From positions 105,090,001 through 105,154,000 of the forward strand of contig JANJGN010000021.1 in the NCBI GenBank assembly GCA_026770705.1: DNA of 64,000 bases, written 5' to 3'. A program made the position numbers and the translations under genes. The stretch comes from Isurus oxyrinchus. Its lineage: Eukaryota. Below are positions 38,339-51,300 of this stretch, piece after piece. The notes under the pieces are model-generated. The model did not search any database and was not told the origin of the DNA. It saw only the letters and a list, made by a program, of their open reading frames with translations. Each line of letters begins with the position of its first letter. Position 1 is the stretch's first letter.

Positions 38339-39349
38339 CGAATAAGATCATGGATGATTTGATTGTGGCCTCGGCTCCACTTTCCACCCAACCCCGATGG
38401 CTTTTGTCTCCCCTGATAGTCAAGAATCTATCTATCTCTGCCTTAAAAATACTCACTGACCCCCACCTCCACCGCTCTCTGGAGGAGAGAGTTACAAATA
38501 CTCAGGGCCCTCCAAGAGAAAAAGACTTCTCACCCATGTCTTAAACGGGAGACCCTTTATTTTAAACTGTGCTCCCCTAACTCTCGTCTCTCATACAAGA
38601 GGGAACATCCCTTCAGTCTCCATCCTGTCGGGTTCCCTCAGGATCTTATATGTTTCAATAAGATCACCTCCATTCTTCTAAATTACAATGGATAGAATTC
38701 CATTGTCCCATCCCTACGTTCAGAAGGGTTTGTTGCTGCTTCCCATGTGACTTACCATCAGACCCACGGAAAGTCCCGTTCACTCATCCACAGCCCCACC
38801 GAAGAACAGCGGCATAACGGTTCCTTTATGAATGTGTTGGTCACTTTTTTGGAAATCTATGGCGGTGACTGTCGCGTCGCACATAGATCTTGGGAACTGG
38901 ATGTGTACTTGAATTATAACATGGTTGATTTGCACGGGAAGTTAGCATTATAAAGGCGAAATAAATTGATGCAACTCACCCTAAAGTGATGTACCCACCC
39001 CCACCCCGCAACCGTTCTTACTAAATGAAAACACCAATAAAGATGCCCGTGTATCTTAGGTGTGCATGCTCGTGCAGGAATAAGTAGTACCGCATTCACT
39101 TTTATGCACGGGGTTTAGAGAGCAGAGAACAGTGTAGGTTGCAGATTGAAGCACTAGGCTCTAGGTCGAATCGCACCATGATAACTATGGATTATCTTTA
39201 TACAGAATTTTGAGAGAACAATGTGTCAAGTACACGTTAGTCTTCTAACAAGAAGCTTGGTTGCATATCTTGGAACCTACGAGGCCATTCAATATTGCAG
39301 GCCAATTATAATTGCTACGTTATCTATTTTAGGAGTTCATGTCTGACAA

Positions 39350-39905
39350 CGGTAGGAACTCGCCTCCTGACTCCCCAAAGACTGTCCACCATCTACTAGG
39401 TATAAGTCAGGAGTGTGATGGAATGCTCCTCACTTGCCTGGATGAGCGCCGCTCCCACAACACTCAAGAAGCTTGACAGCGTCCAGGACAAAACAGCCTG
39501 CTTGATTGGTACCCTATCTATAAACGTTCACTCCCTCCACCGCCGACGTACAGCAGCAGCGGAGTGTACGATTTACGAGATGCACTGCACGAATTCACCT
39601 TGGCTCCTTAGACAGCACCTTCCAAACCCACGACCGCTACCATCTAGAAGGACAAGGGCAGCAGATAGATGGGAACACCATCACCTGGAAGTTCCTTCCA
39701 AATCGCTCACCACACTCATGTGGGAACATATTGCCATCCCTTCACTGTGGCTGGGTCAAAATCCTGGAACACTCCCCCTAACAGCACCGTGGATATACCT
39801 ACACCACGTGGACTACAGTGGTTCAAGAAGGCATCCCACCACTACCTTCTCAAGGGCAACTACGTATGGGCAATAAGTGCTGGTCCATCTCGTAAATGAA
39901 TTTTA
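39350..39905 (+). mobile_element. CR1-clade LINE 3' end (second family; donor of the SINE tail)
   Basis: ORF 39415..39876 (MECSSLAWMSAAPTTLKKLDSVQDK); tail caagggcaac...gggcaataagtgctgg; older relatives at ~33000-33985 and ~49500-51730. Confidence 0.75.
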
Positions 39906-42543
39906 AAAATAACCACTCCTTTCACACCACCACTATTCTGACTGACCTGTTGTAACAATTTTTGAGGCAGCGATAAACATTGACATGTCACGCGCTTCAG
40001 TCCATCTTATCCTTTGCTCTCTGCATAATTATTCCTTTATTTCTACCACCAGAACAGATGTTATGTGTTTCTAATAAATTCCTAATGGCGAGATAAATAT
40101 GCTGAAAGGACCAATAACAATAACGCGATTATACATGCGCAATCTGATCCTATTATCTAATGTCCTTTCATTCCGCTTCCCCTTAAAACAATAAATGTGG
40201 CCGACTCCATTTTCATCTTTTGTTTTAATATTTTGTTATCGACTATAAAATCCAGGAAATGCATTCGCGGTTGGAAATCGCCTGGGTGCCATATGAATGG
40301 CCAGTGGACTAAAGGGCGGAGGGAAGTGATGTCATGGAGGTGGAAGGAAGGAATCGCCATGATAAAGTGGATATTTGTGTCCGAGGCTCAAGGCTAGGTA
40401 ACGTAGGATGCCTTGGTTGAGAGTAATCTGGTGGGGGACCTCAGAGGCAGTGAGAAAAGGGTTTTTCTTTCACATTCCCGTCTCAGTTTCTATTCACGTG
40501 ACACTTCAGCGTATTCCTTTGTCAAAACTTGCTTTCAAACAAAGCGGGAAACACCATTGCAGCCGCACAGGTTACTGAACAAGTTGATGTGTATTATTTG
40601 ACATTACATACAAATTGCATGAAGAATCAGGGCAACTACTCGGAACAAGATGAAATATTGCCTGCAACTTTCTCAGATCCATCACTATTAAACTAAAATG
40701 GAAATCACATTCTAATTCGTGGATCAAGGTTAAGTTGGGGAATTTAGCTATTAGATACCCACTAAACATGCCAAAACATATAGTTTTATATTCAACTGTA
40801 AGTGATTTTTTTTTGATTGTGATAAGTCTTAATTACTGCCACAGAACTCCCCTACACTGAGAATTTTAGTTTTCCAATTGTGGGGTCTGATTCCTTCAGG
40901 GTTTGGTTATTGTTGACTATGCCTGCAAAAGTATTGTTTCTTCGTTTTTCTCTCGTTGTCTCTTAATTTCATCTGTCACTTAGTTTCGCTTTCTGTATCT
41001 GTTATGGCATTGGACTAAATATCGCTTTTTACACTTTCTGTTTCAGGTCCTTTGTGTCTCAGTAAAGATTCTTTACAATTGCTTGATTAAAAGATACACA
41101 ATTGCTTTCCCTGTTCACAGAGGTGCCATATCCCTAGCCACGCACAGAGAAAAAACTGGAATCACTTTAAGCAGCCATGTTGAAGAACTTTCTTCACAAG
41201 TCCCGAGCAGAAAGGGCAGCCGAGAGGCCAGCTTATAATGTGCTACACTTCTGTAAATGGAACTGCTGCTGTTTTCAACTGATACTTACTGCATGTTCGA
41301 GTGGAAAGCCCTGTAAAATGCTTGAGGACAAGCCCAAGTGCGCTATTGTTTCAGGACTGATCTCAAAATCCGTGGCGTTTAATTCATGCTCAAGAAATAA
41401 TATATATTGATTTAATTTTTTTAACATTGAATATTAATTACATGAAGGTTCATTGAAAATTCTAGGAGGAAATCGGAACATTACTCTAGGTTGATTACAA
41501 TTAACTCATGTTGACCAGAACTATAATTGGTTGATAAACGTCAGCTTGTAATGTCTAATTTATACGTGTGTAGTTTCTGCAAGGGCTTATTATGCATAGC
41601 CGTGGTTTGTGGGACCGGGGGTGGGGATGGTAGGAAGGGGTGGTGGGGTGTTGGCGGTGGGGAATTGCAAGTTTAAAATATCTGCTCAAGTTAAGTTAGA
41701 GAACATTTTGATCAATTTGTCAGAGGGACACAGATTGTGAAATGGCAAGGCCGCCAATTTTGCAGAAACCGCGACATGCACCAGAACCCAAAACGGTGAT
41801 TCATTTTGTATCAACTGGACTTCTCCAAAATGTAGTTTTAATACCCTTTAAGCAAATTGATGAAGCGGCATGACATAAAACCAAAACTGTTGAGGGGGCT
41901 TTCCTGAGTGCAGTGCTACATTGCACCCAATGACTGCCTTTTCTTAACAGCTACTTACTTTTAAATGCTTAAGGGCTTACAGCGAAGATCATAAGAAGTG
42001 GTGGACTGGACCCCGCAAACTTGCCATGTAGCCACATGAAAGAAGATTAACCAATAAGTCACAGGTGGCGTATTTTGAACAACGCTCATCTTTCTCAAAG
42101 GATAATAAAATCAGAACAATGAGGTGATGTTTAAACCAGCTGTTGTGCAATCTTGCAACATTAGGTTGGCTTACGATTAGGCTGCTTTACGCTGACTGTT
42201 CTTCTGAATTCTGGTTCAATAAAAATATGCACTACAAACAATAAACAGCTGCTAAAGTTTTTTTAGATCTTCGTGGGCTAGGCTGACTTTGAAAGGGGCT
42301 GATTGTCGATATCTGTTGCTAGGCCTAACGCAAAAATGATCACCAGCCACAGACCCAGGGACATTTTTTCAGATATGTAGGTATAGAAGCTGCTTCCAGG
42401 AGGTACGATTAATACTCTTTCAGTTGTTGATATTTACAGCTGCAAATTCAGCTAGTTTAAAAGGCAAAAAGTTGTCTTGTCGATCAGAACTGAAAAATTT
42501 ATTAGACGGATTTGATAGTAACGAAGTTGCAGTACTGGATCGG

Positions 42544-43455
42544 TGTTATGAAGTGGCAGATGATGTGTGCCTGATGGACAAACCCCCAAGGGAAACTGGG
42601 TCGCGCTATCACAACCGTTTTGTAATTGGTATTTATTACGAGAAGATTTGCCCACTGAATTCCGAAGTAATGAGCCCACCAAGACCGTTAGAGATATCAA
42701 AAAATGAAATTAAAGCATTTATTAACAAAATAAAAGACTTCAAGTACATACACAAGACTACAATTACTTATTACAATAACAAATCCTGAATTCCCAATTT
42801 ACCTGACTCCCAGTTACATTTTAAGGCAACAGCCCAAAACAAAACCTGCAAGTAACACAATATCTACTTAACAGTGGAAATCCAAATGGCTTCCCCAGCT
42901 TCAGTTACCTTGCATAGCAGACTTAGGCACAAGTGGCCAGAGGCTTCTTGAAGGCTGTTTCACACACTCTTGTTAGATCTTACACGGCCCTCTCCTCACA
43001 TAGCCTTTGTTCCTCGTGTAAATATGTTTATTTATCTTTAATATTTAAATTCTATTGTTCCATATGTCTTTGAAACTCTTGCTCATAATACAAAATCTTT
43101 AATGTTGCCAAAATTGTCAGTAACCTTTGGGAAAAATAAACAGACTTCTCAGCCTTGTTTATCTGGCTAATTGTAAACAGATGAGCATGCCTTTGAAATC
43201 CAAACAATCCCTTCATTTACCTAAAAAAAATGAAAATTCCCTTCGCACCTTACATTCTAAGCCGGCATCCATGTTTACTCATACATATTTCAAGCACATT
43301 TCTGCACCTAGCTTCTTTTGATAATTCCAAGCTTGCAATCTACTTAATTCCAAATGTAATTAAATAACACCGATAGACCCAACTATGGTCGCCCCATAAA
43401 CCTATTTTACAATAAACCAGTAAAATATTATGAAAGTTATTAAACTTTCGTCACA
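42544..43455 (-). mobile_element. solo LTR, same family as 20234-21724
   Basis: tgttatgaa ... ttcgtcaca ends; absent from the paralogous site at ~62650; no clear TSD. Confidence 0.7.
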
Positions 43456-45124
43456 GCAGTGACCCAGACATCACAAGTTCTCTATTCCAACAGGGAAACG
43501 TTAAAATTGGAAAGAATAAATCAGGCAATTTCCGTGCTGGTATAGGGAAATAAAGAGTATGACCGTTTTCACATTGCTGTAAAAACGCACAAGGACGGGT
43601 AAACAGCTATAATTCCTCAACCTGGCCTCAGTGTGACGCGGACCCTACTTGAGTAGCAACAAAAGATAACACATATTTCATATAATGCCCTCGGGTGAAC
43701 TCGGGTTGCAAGAAAGATGCAAATTCGCCGGCGTTGGCCACGTCCCAGGAACAAATGCAAACATTTTCAGAAGATGATGTGCATCTGAAACATTCATTGA
43801 TTCAAACTTCTTCGCAACCACATTGTTTATTTAATTGATTTTGAAAATGTCGATAGATTGACAGATGGATGGATGGATAAGTGGCAGCAGATTCTAATTT
43901 GTGATGACAAGAACATGAACTAGGTAAGAATAATTCGTAACATGGTGGCAAAGAAATATTTAAAAAGAATAATAGTAAGGATAAAGCAATGAAATAATTT
44001 CACTATTATAATAATTTCAGCAGGCAAATAAACTACAATACGTTGCAAAATACAGATCTCCTTAATTTACAGAATATAAATGAACGTTCTACATAAAACG
44101 GCATTTTATTTAATGTTCATAGCTGATACATTGCCAGAATGAATTGACTTGAGTTTTCAGCCTTTGCCTGAGACTACAAATCTTAAACTTTTACATAGAT
44201 TTGCTCAGAAACGCTTGTAACTCATAATATTCGTCAGAATCAGGCTTTTACAATATTGCTCAAGTCAATATCGGTTACTTATGTCTTGCTTAGCTTGGAT
44301 TGATGCTGCTGATTGTTGTGCGCATGCGCGCCTTTGTGTTGTCGACATAGCATTTACCTTACTTTGAAGGGGTTTGTCAGCAGCGTCCTCTTCAAAAGTC
44401 AAAATCATCAGAGGGAGAGAGTAACGGCCAAAAACGCTTACAAGGCGTAAAATTAAAATTCTCCGTTTCAGACGTGTTACCGTGATTCGAGTTTCAGGGA
44501 AGCATTTGCCATTAAATTGTTTCCCCACGAAGCAGACACCTTCACCATGCTGCGCAATAGAATAGCAGTTTGAACTGCAGAGGTGCATGCATGTAAATTA
44601 TGTAGCACATATTTATTTTTAAGAGTTATGAAAGATGCAACTCAGTAAGTGACCGCTTACAGTGATAACTGCTCTACTTGTGCGTTCACAGTGGTTTTCT
44701 GTTCTTAGGCCATTGATGTTACATGCCTCTTGTCACCAGTTCCTGTCTCCGCTAGAAAAAAAGACGATATGGTATAAATATCTTAGCATGTGTTGACGTC
44801 AGTTTTGCTGTTTTAGTACTTAATAGTTAAAACTATTCAAAGTGGGAACCTGGGACATACCAAATTTACCATAACTGCAGCTTTCAATGAACGAGTTTAA
44901 TTACTACAATATCACCGAATGTAATGTTTTGACAGTAAAACGTTCCAATATAAAAGCGCAAGAAGATAACGGGGGACATATAAACTTACCGGAACACAAG
45001 TGACTTTACGACATACTATGCACTATTTTTGAGTTTGCATTTGACAACTGGAATCATTCCACAGAAAATTTCACTTAATAATCAGCAGCCAATACAAGCT
45101 GTCCAAAATGCCAGTCGGCTTAGT

Positions 45125-45330
45125 TTAACGTTTTACCATGGAACACGAGCCGGCTGGATCGGCTTCCTCTCGCCCTGAGGTGAATGCCATAGGAGAACTT
45201 CGAGATTCGCAGAAATATACGAGAAAAATTGTTATCGTGATAATAACGGCAAACACTGCAAATTTCACTCCCATCACCATCAGCTGCCAAAGCAGCGAAT
45301 GCCCGCTGACACTACCGAATTCCATCACAC
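45125..45330 (-). CDS. gene B exon 3, Lys-containing TM plus short cytoplasmic tail
   Basis: Acceptor ctgtctctttctccatag, in phase with the V exon; matches ORF 45125..45328. Confidence 0.8.
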
Positions 45331-48300
45331 CTATGGAGAAAGAGACAGCTCAATTTAGCAATGACTTTATTTAGTTCACTCCAGCAGTGCATCGCAATAA
45401 TCACCAAGTGCGTTACTTATTCCCTTGTGCAGTCGGGCAGACAGATTGTTCCGATTAGGTACCTGCGCATTCGGAGTGGTATTCTAGACATCTAACTTTG
45501 TACTAATGATTCGTCTCGAGTCCTTCTTGTTCGTCTTGGATTCTGGCGTTGATTTTCTATCTTATTTCTCAATCGCTTACCCACCCCTTTAGTATGTGAT
45601 AATCCAAAGCATTGAGCAAAGTTTGCTTCTGGTGAAGAAAGGTTATTGAAATTATGAGCTTTATAAGATTAATATATTTTGGGACAGTAGCTTTAAGCTT
45701 CACGTAAATGATGGGGCTATGTGACCCATTCTGCAATCTGCCTGAAATTAGGCCTGCGTGGTTTGATTGTTAGAGTTCAAATGAAGGCTTAGGTTGTTTT
45801 AATGAGTATAAGGTACAAGGTATTTACGCTTGGAGCCAATATCTCTGAGTTAACAATGAATGGACTCTGAGTCCCCCAAAGTCCCAGAAAGGTATTGAAG
45901 GCACCAGGTTGTGTTCTGTACCGTCCATTTGCCTCTAAGGTGAAAGGGACTTGACGCCAAAAATAGCTAATTATCATTTCTCACTAGTTACAGGCTAATA
46001 TGTTTCATGGTCCCAAGGGAAAAGGGGCAGAGAAACCATTTTGAAACCAGTTTAAAGGCTCCCCTTCAAATCATTGGATATCACAGACAGATGGCAGTTC
46101 CGTGTGGTCAACAAGCTGAAGAGGCTGCTTGGCTTTGTGAGATAGTGAAGCCGGATAAAGGAGGGAGACGATCACTGGCCGAAGAGATGATTCTTGTCGC
46201 CTAGATATGGGCATTCGAAGTTTCTTTGGGGTTGGGCAGCATTGGAAGCTGGGAGCAACTGTGGACTGCTTCCTGAAAGGGCTGTAATTCTGTGAGGTGG
46301 TTCTAACAAGTGACTTATGAGAAAAGAGAGAAAGGTGGAGATGTTGGCGGAGGGAATTCCGGATCCTGGGACCTTGGCAGATGAAGGCACGACTGCCAGT
46401 ATGGAACAATTAAAATCAGGATGCCAGTGTTGCAGGAGGGCAGCAATAGCAGAGCGCTCCAGGGTTAGAGGGGTTAGTATTGATAGGGAGAGGGAGAGCC
46501 TTGGCAGAACTTGAATTCACGGATGAGTGTTTTTTTAAATAGAGGCATTATCGGACAGAGCGCCAATGAAGGTTAGCAAGCAGATGAGTGATTAGTAAAT
46601 GAGATTGTGAGGGAGTTAAGCTATGAAGAGGAGAGGTTCTTTTTTTGGATGAACACAGGATTATGTAGAATGAAAGATGAAATGAGTTGGTATAGTTAAA
46701 CCGAGAGATAACGAAGGCATGGGCGAAGATTGCAGTAGCAGAAATACTAAGGTAGATTTCGAGCCGAGGGATATAAAGGAGGTGGAAATATTCAATCATG
46801 GTGATGGTGCCAATGTCTAGTTAGAAGCCTAAGCCGGGGTCAAACAAAGCACCACGGCTGCGAAATGTCTTGCTCAGTTTAAGGCAATTACCGCCAGTGG
46901 GCATAAAGGCGGGGAACGGGGGTGGGGGGGGGGGGGGGGGGGGGGGGGGGTGGGGGGGGGGGGGCGGGGAAGGAGGAGGGGAGGGGGGGGTGGGTGGGAT
47001 TGGCCGAAGGCGATGGCTTCAGTCTTACCAATGTTTAAATGCAGGAAATTTCTGTTCACCCAGTTTGAAGAACTGGAAACAATGGTAAGACTCAAGGAAG
47101 TAATGGTGAGATTCAAATGACAGTTATCGGCATGCATGTCGAACCTATTGTTGTTTTTGCGGATGACCTCGCCGAATTCAGATTCACGAGAGGAACAGAC
47201 TGAGAGAGAGTTCATTTACCTAAATAATAGCCGAGCCAATATATAAATACAGGGTAAATTCTAGGAAGTGTGTAGAAATGGATAATCCGCTCCGAAAAGT
47301 CCAAACTCCAAAATGTCAAATAGATTCAAATCCGATAAATCAATTTACACATTTTATCATATGTTCCTGGTTATTAAAGAATTAAGTATGAAGTTTACGT
47401 TTTAACGGAGTACATATTAAGCAGATTATTTAGCCACAGAATGTATTAAATGCGCATTACTTTCCAGGGATTCGAAATTTGTAAACCCTCTTTATAACCC
47501 TTATCTGAGAGTAATCGAGTGGATGTTGGAGGGATAAGTAGTTGGGAGTTTTATCGAAAAGAATAAATGCAAAGAAGGACAGGTGTTAGCACAATAGAAA
47601 CGTACCTTCTACTGTTACCTGTGTGCCCGTTCCGGTTCCTTTGCCAAACTGAATTGATTCTATTTCACAATAATATATCCCAGAATCATTCTGTCTTGCG
47701 TCCATGACTGTAATTTGATTCCGTCTTAAAGATATTTGATTTTCCTCCAAGACTCTACCAATAAATTCTCCAGATTTGTTCATAGCTTTACAGCTTTCAT
47801 AACCCAATACTTCCTTGTACCACGCGACGGCAAACAGTGCTGTCGTTTCAGGTGTAGTAAATGTGCAGGAGATTTGAAACTCCTCTCCTTCTGTTATTTT
47901 GATAACATGTGGGCTTTGAGTTACTTTGATATCGGCAGCAGCAACAGCTGAAAGACAGAGAAGCCAATTACTCTCGTTAGACAAATCTACTCCGCATTTC
48001 AATCTACCTGTCCTGATAACTTGCAAATAACTCAGATGCGGCTAATGGCGAATGCAAAGGGCGAATCCCCAGCTACATCCCCTGCATTTCAATGGCAACA
48101 TGGCTATCGAATTTTCTACCACCAACCTTTTTGCTGTCACTTTCTTCACTTGCAGACTTTAACACAGAACAGCAACGTCGCGGGAACAGCGTCACATCCA
48201 TGTTCTCGTCCAAATAGCAGGTTATATATTGCGTCCTTTGACCCTCGCTGAGTCAATTTGCTTGTAAAACGTCAAGGTTCGCAGTTGTTCGCAGTGAAGT

Positions 48301-51300
48301 TCCGGCACTGCTTTACCCGTTCAAAGAACAAAGAACAACGAAAAGCATAGCATAGGAACAGGCCCTTCAGCCCGCTAAGCCTGCGCCGATCATATTGCCT
48401 GTCAAACTAAAACATTTTGCACTACCGGGGTCCGAACCCCTCTATTCCCATTCTATTCATGTATTTGTCAAGCTGCTTCTTAAACACCACTATCGTACCT
48501 GCTTCTACACCTCCTCTGGCAGTGAATTCCAGACACTCACTACGCTCTGCTTAAAAAACTTGCCCCGCACATCTCCTCTATAGTTTTCTCCTCTCACCTT
48601 AAATCTATGTCCCCTAGTAATTGACTCTTCCACTCTGGGAAGAAGCTTCTGACTATCTCCTCTGTCTATGCCACTCATAATTTTGTAAACTTCTTTCAAG
48701 TCGCCCCTCAATCTCCGTCGTTCTAGTGAGAACAATCCGAGTTTCTCCAACCTCTCCTCATAGCTAATAACCTCCAGACCAGGCAGCATCCTGGTAAACC
48801 TCCTCTGCACTCTCTCCAACACCTCCATATCCTTCTGGTAATGTAGGGACCAGAATTGCATGCAATATTCCAAATGTGGCCTAACCAAGGCTCTATACAG
48901 CTGCAGCAGGACTTCCCAACCTTTATACTCAATAACCCTGCCAATGAAGCTTCTGACTACCTTATCTACATGCGTTGCCACTTTCAGTGACCTGTGGACC
49001 TGTACACCCAGATCCCTCTGCCCGTCGATGAACTTAAGGGTTCTGTCATTTAACTGTATAATTCCTGCCTGTATTGGACCTTCCAAAATGCATTACCTCG
49101 CATTTGTCCAGATTAAACTGCATCTGCCATTTCTCCGCCCAAATCTCCAACCGATCTATATCCCGTTGTATCCTTTGACAATCCTCTTCACTATCTGCAA
49201 CTCCTCCAACGTTTGTGTCGTCTGCAAATTTACTAATTAGCCCAGTTACATTTTCCTCCAAATCATTTATGTGTACTACAAACAGCAAAGGTCCCAGCAC
49301 TGATCCCTGTGGAACTCCACTAGTCACAGCTCTCCATTCAGAAAAGCACCCATCCATGATCTTGAGCAAATAGTACGTTATATATTGAGTCCTTTGACCC
49401 TCGCTGAGCCAATTTACTTGTAAAACGTCAACGATCGCAGTTGTTCACAGAGAAGTTCCGGCACTGCTTTACCCATTCAAAGAAGACTATAGGAGAACAT
49501 GCCAAGATTATCATCAGACAAATTTAAAGAGGAGGCGCCAATCTGGTGAAGACAGTACAAGGGAGTGCATGCAAGCTAAATAACGGAAGCAACATAGTGT
49601 AAATAGCCATAAGGTATCCAAAACCAATGGATTAGATAAAATCTCGGCAGCGCTGCCAAATCCACAAGAAACTGCGGGTCGAGGCTCTACAACTATTCCT
49701 ATTATAAATGATGGAGAGTTCCGCCCATCAGCGCAACAGTTAGGATTGAAACGTTTGCAACCACCTCCGCCCAGAAATGTGAAGCGGCTGTTCTGTCTGA
49801 GACCCCTCCTGAGGTCCCCGCCGTCACAAACGCAAGTCTTCAGCCAGTTCGATTCACGTGATATCATGAAATGGCTGGAAGCACTAGATGCGGCAACAGC
49901 CATGGGATCTTCTGCTTGCTGTTGTGCTGATGATTTATGCTCCCGATCCAACCATGTCTCGAGCCAACCTGTGCTAGTGCAGCCACAAAACTGGCATCCA
50001 CCCGACCCTATGGAAGCTGTATTCCTGAAACCTGTCTGTGGAAAGAAGGACAATTGCAGTCCAACTAATCAACACCCCAACATTCTACTCTCAATCATCA
50101 GCAAATAGATGAAAGATACACCATTCAGCAGTGTTATCAAGCAGCCGAATCAGCAACACGCTTCTCAATTTAGGTTTCATCTGGACCAGTTGGCTCCAGA
50201 CATCATTACAACCTTTGTCCAAATAAGGTCAAAAGAGTTTAGTTCCAGTGGTGAGGTACGAGAATTTGCCCTTGATATCAGGTCAGTATTTAACCGAGCG
50301 TGACAACAGGGAACCCTGGCAATATTGAAGTAAACGGGAATCGGGGTTGGGGGTGTGGGTAGGGGGGAAACTCTCCACTGTATGGTGCCATGTCGACCTC
50401 AAAGCAAGATTGCGGTGGTTGTTGGTCTCACGGTAGAGGATGTTCCTCTACCCACTGACTGCCCACTATTCGTTTCCAATCCAAACCTAGCAGATAACAA
50501 AGCAAACCGTGTCAGTATGCATGAAGGCCTGGCCAATATTACTACTTGGGCTGAGAAATGACAATTAACATTCACGCCACAGAAGTGCTTGGCAATGCCC
50601 ATCTCCAAAAAGAGAGAATCTAAACATCTTTCCTTAACATTCAACAACATTACCGTTGAATCCCCTAACAAAAACTTCCTGATGGTTATAATTGACCAGA
50701 GATTTAACTGAGCGAGCTACATAAAGGTTGTGGCTACAAGAGCAGGTCAAAGTCCGGGAACTCTGAGGTATCCAACCTACTTCTTGACTCTTGACTGTTC
50801 AACATCTGCAATGCACAAGTCAGCACATTGATAGGATTCCCGCTCCTTGCCTACATGACTTCAGTCCCAACAGGGTTCAGATGTTTGGCATCCCCTGGGA
50901 AAAGGCATCCTGCTTTATCACCATAGATAAAAGCAAAAAACTGTGGATGCTGAAAATCCGAAACAAAAACAAAAATACCTGGAAAAACTCAGCAGTTCTG
51001 ACAGCATCTGTGGAGAGGGCTAGTTAACGTTTTGAGTCCGTATGACTCTTCACCAGAACTAAGGAAAAATAGAAAAGAGCTAAAATATAAGCTGGTTTAA
51101 AGGGGGTGGGACAGGTAGATCTGGATAGAGGGCTAGTGATAGGTGGAGATTGCCAAAAGATGTCATAGACAAAAGGCATCACCATCCCATTGATCACCAT
51201 GCACATTGGGTCCCCCTACACTGGTGCACACTGAAAGCAATGCATACTATCTGCAAGATGCACTGCAGCAACTCTCCAAGCCTCCCTCTACTGCACCTTT

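Larger units (their letters stand above)
30550..44460. repeat. segmental duplication unit, copy 1 (paralogous to ~46300-63650)
   Basis: Collinear matches: 31807/47606, 34022/51765, 34860/52670, 35960/54980, 40340/60560, 41170/61370, 42480/62600, 43620/62840, 44390/63600; boundaries approximate. Confidence 0.8.

Noticed and set aside
42424-42789. 121-aa ORF
   Set aside because: It crosses the solo-LTR boundary and is absent from the paralogous duplicon.
46870-47215. Gly-/Pro-rich ORFs (also near 10743, 12467 and 54394)
   Set aside because: Translations of poly-G/poly-C tracts inside repeats.
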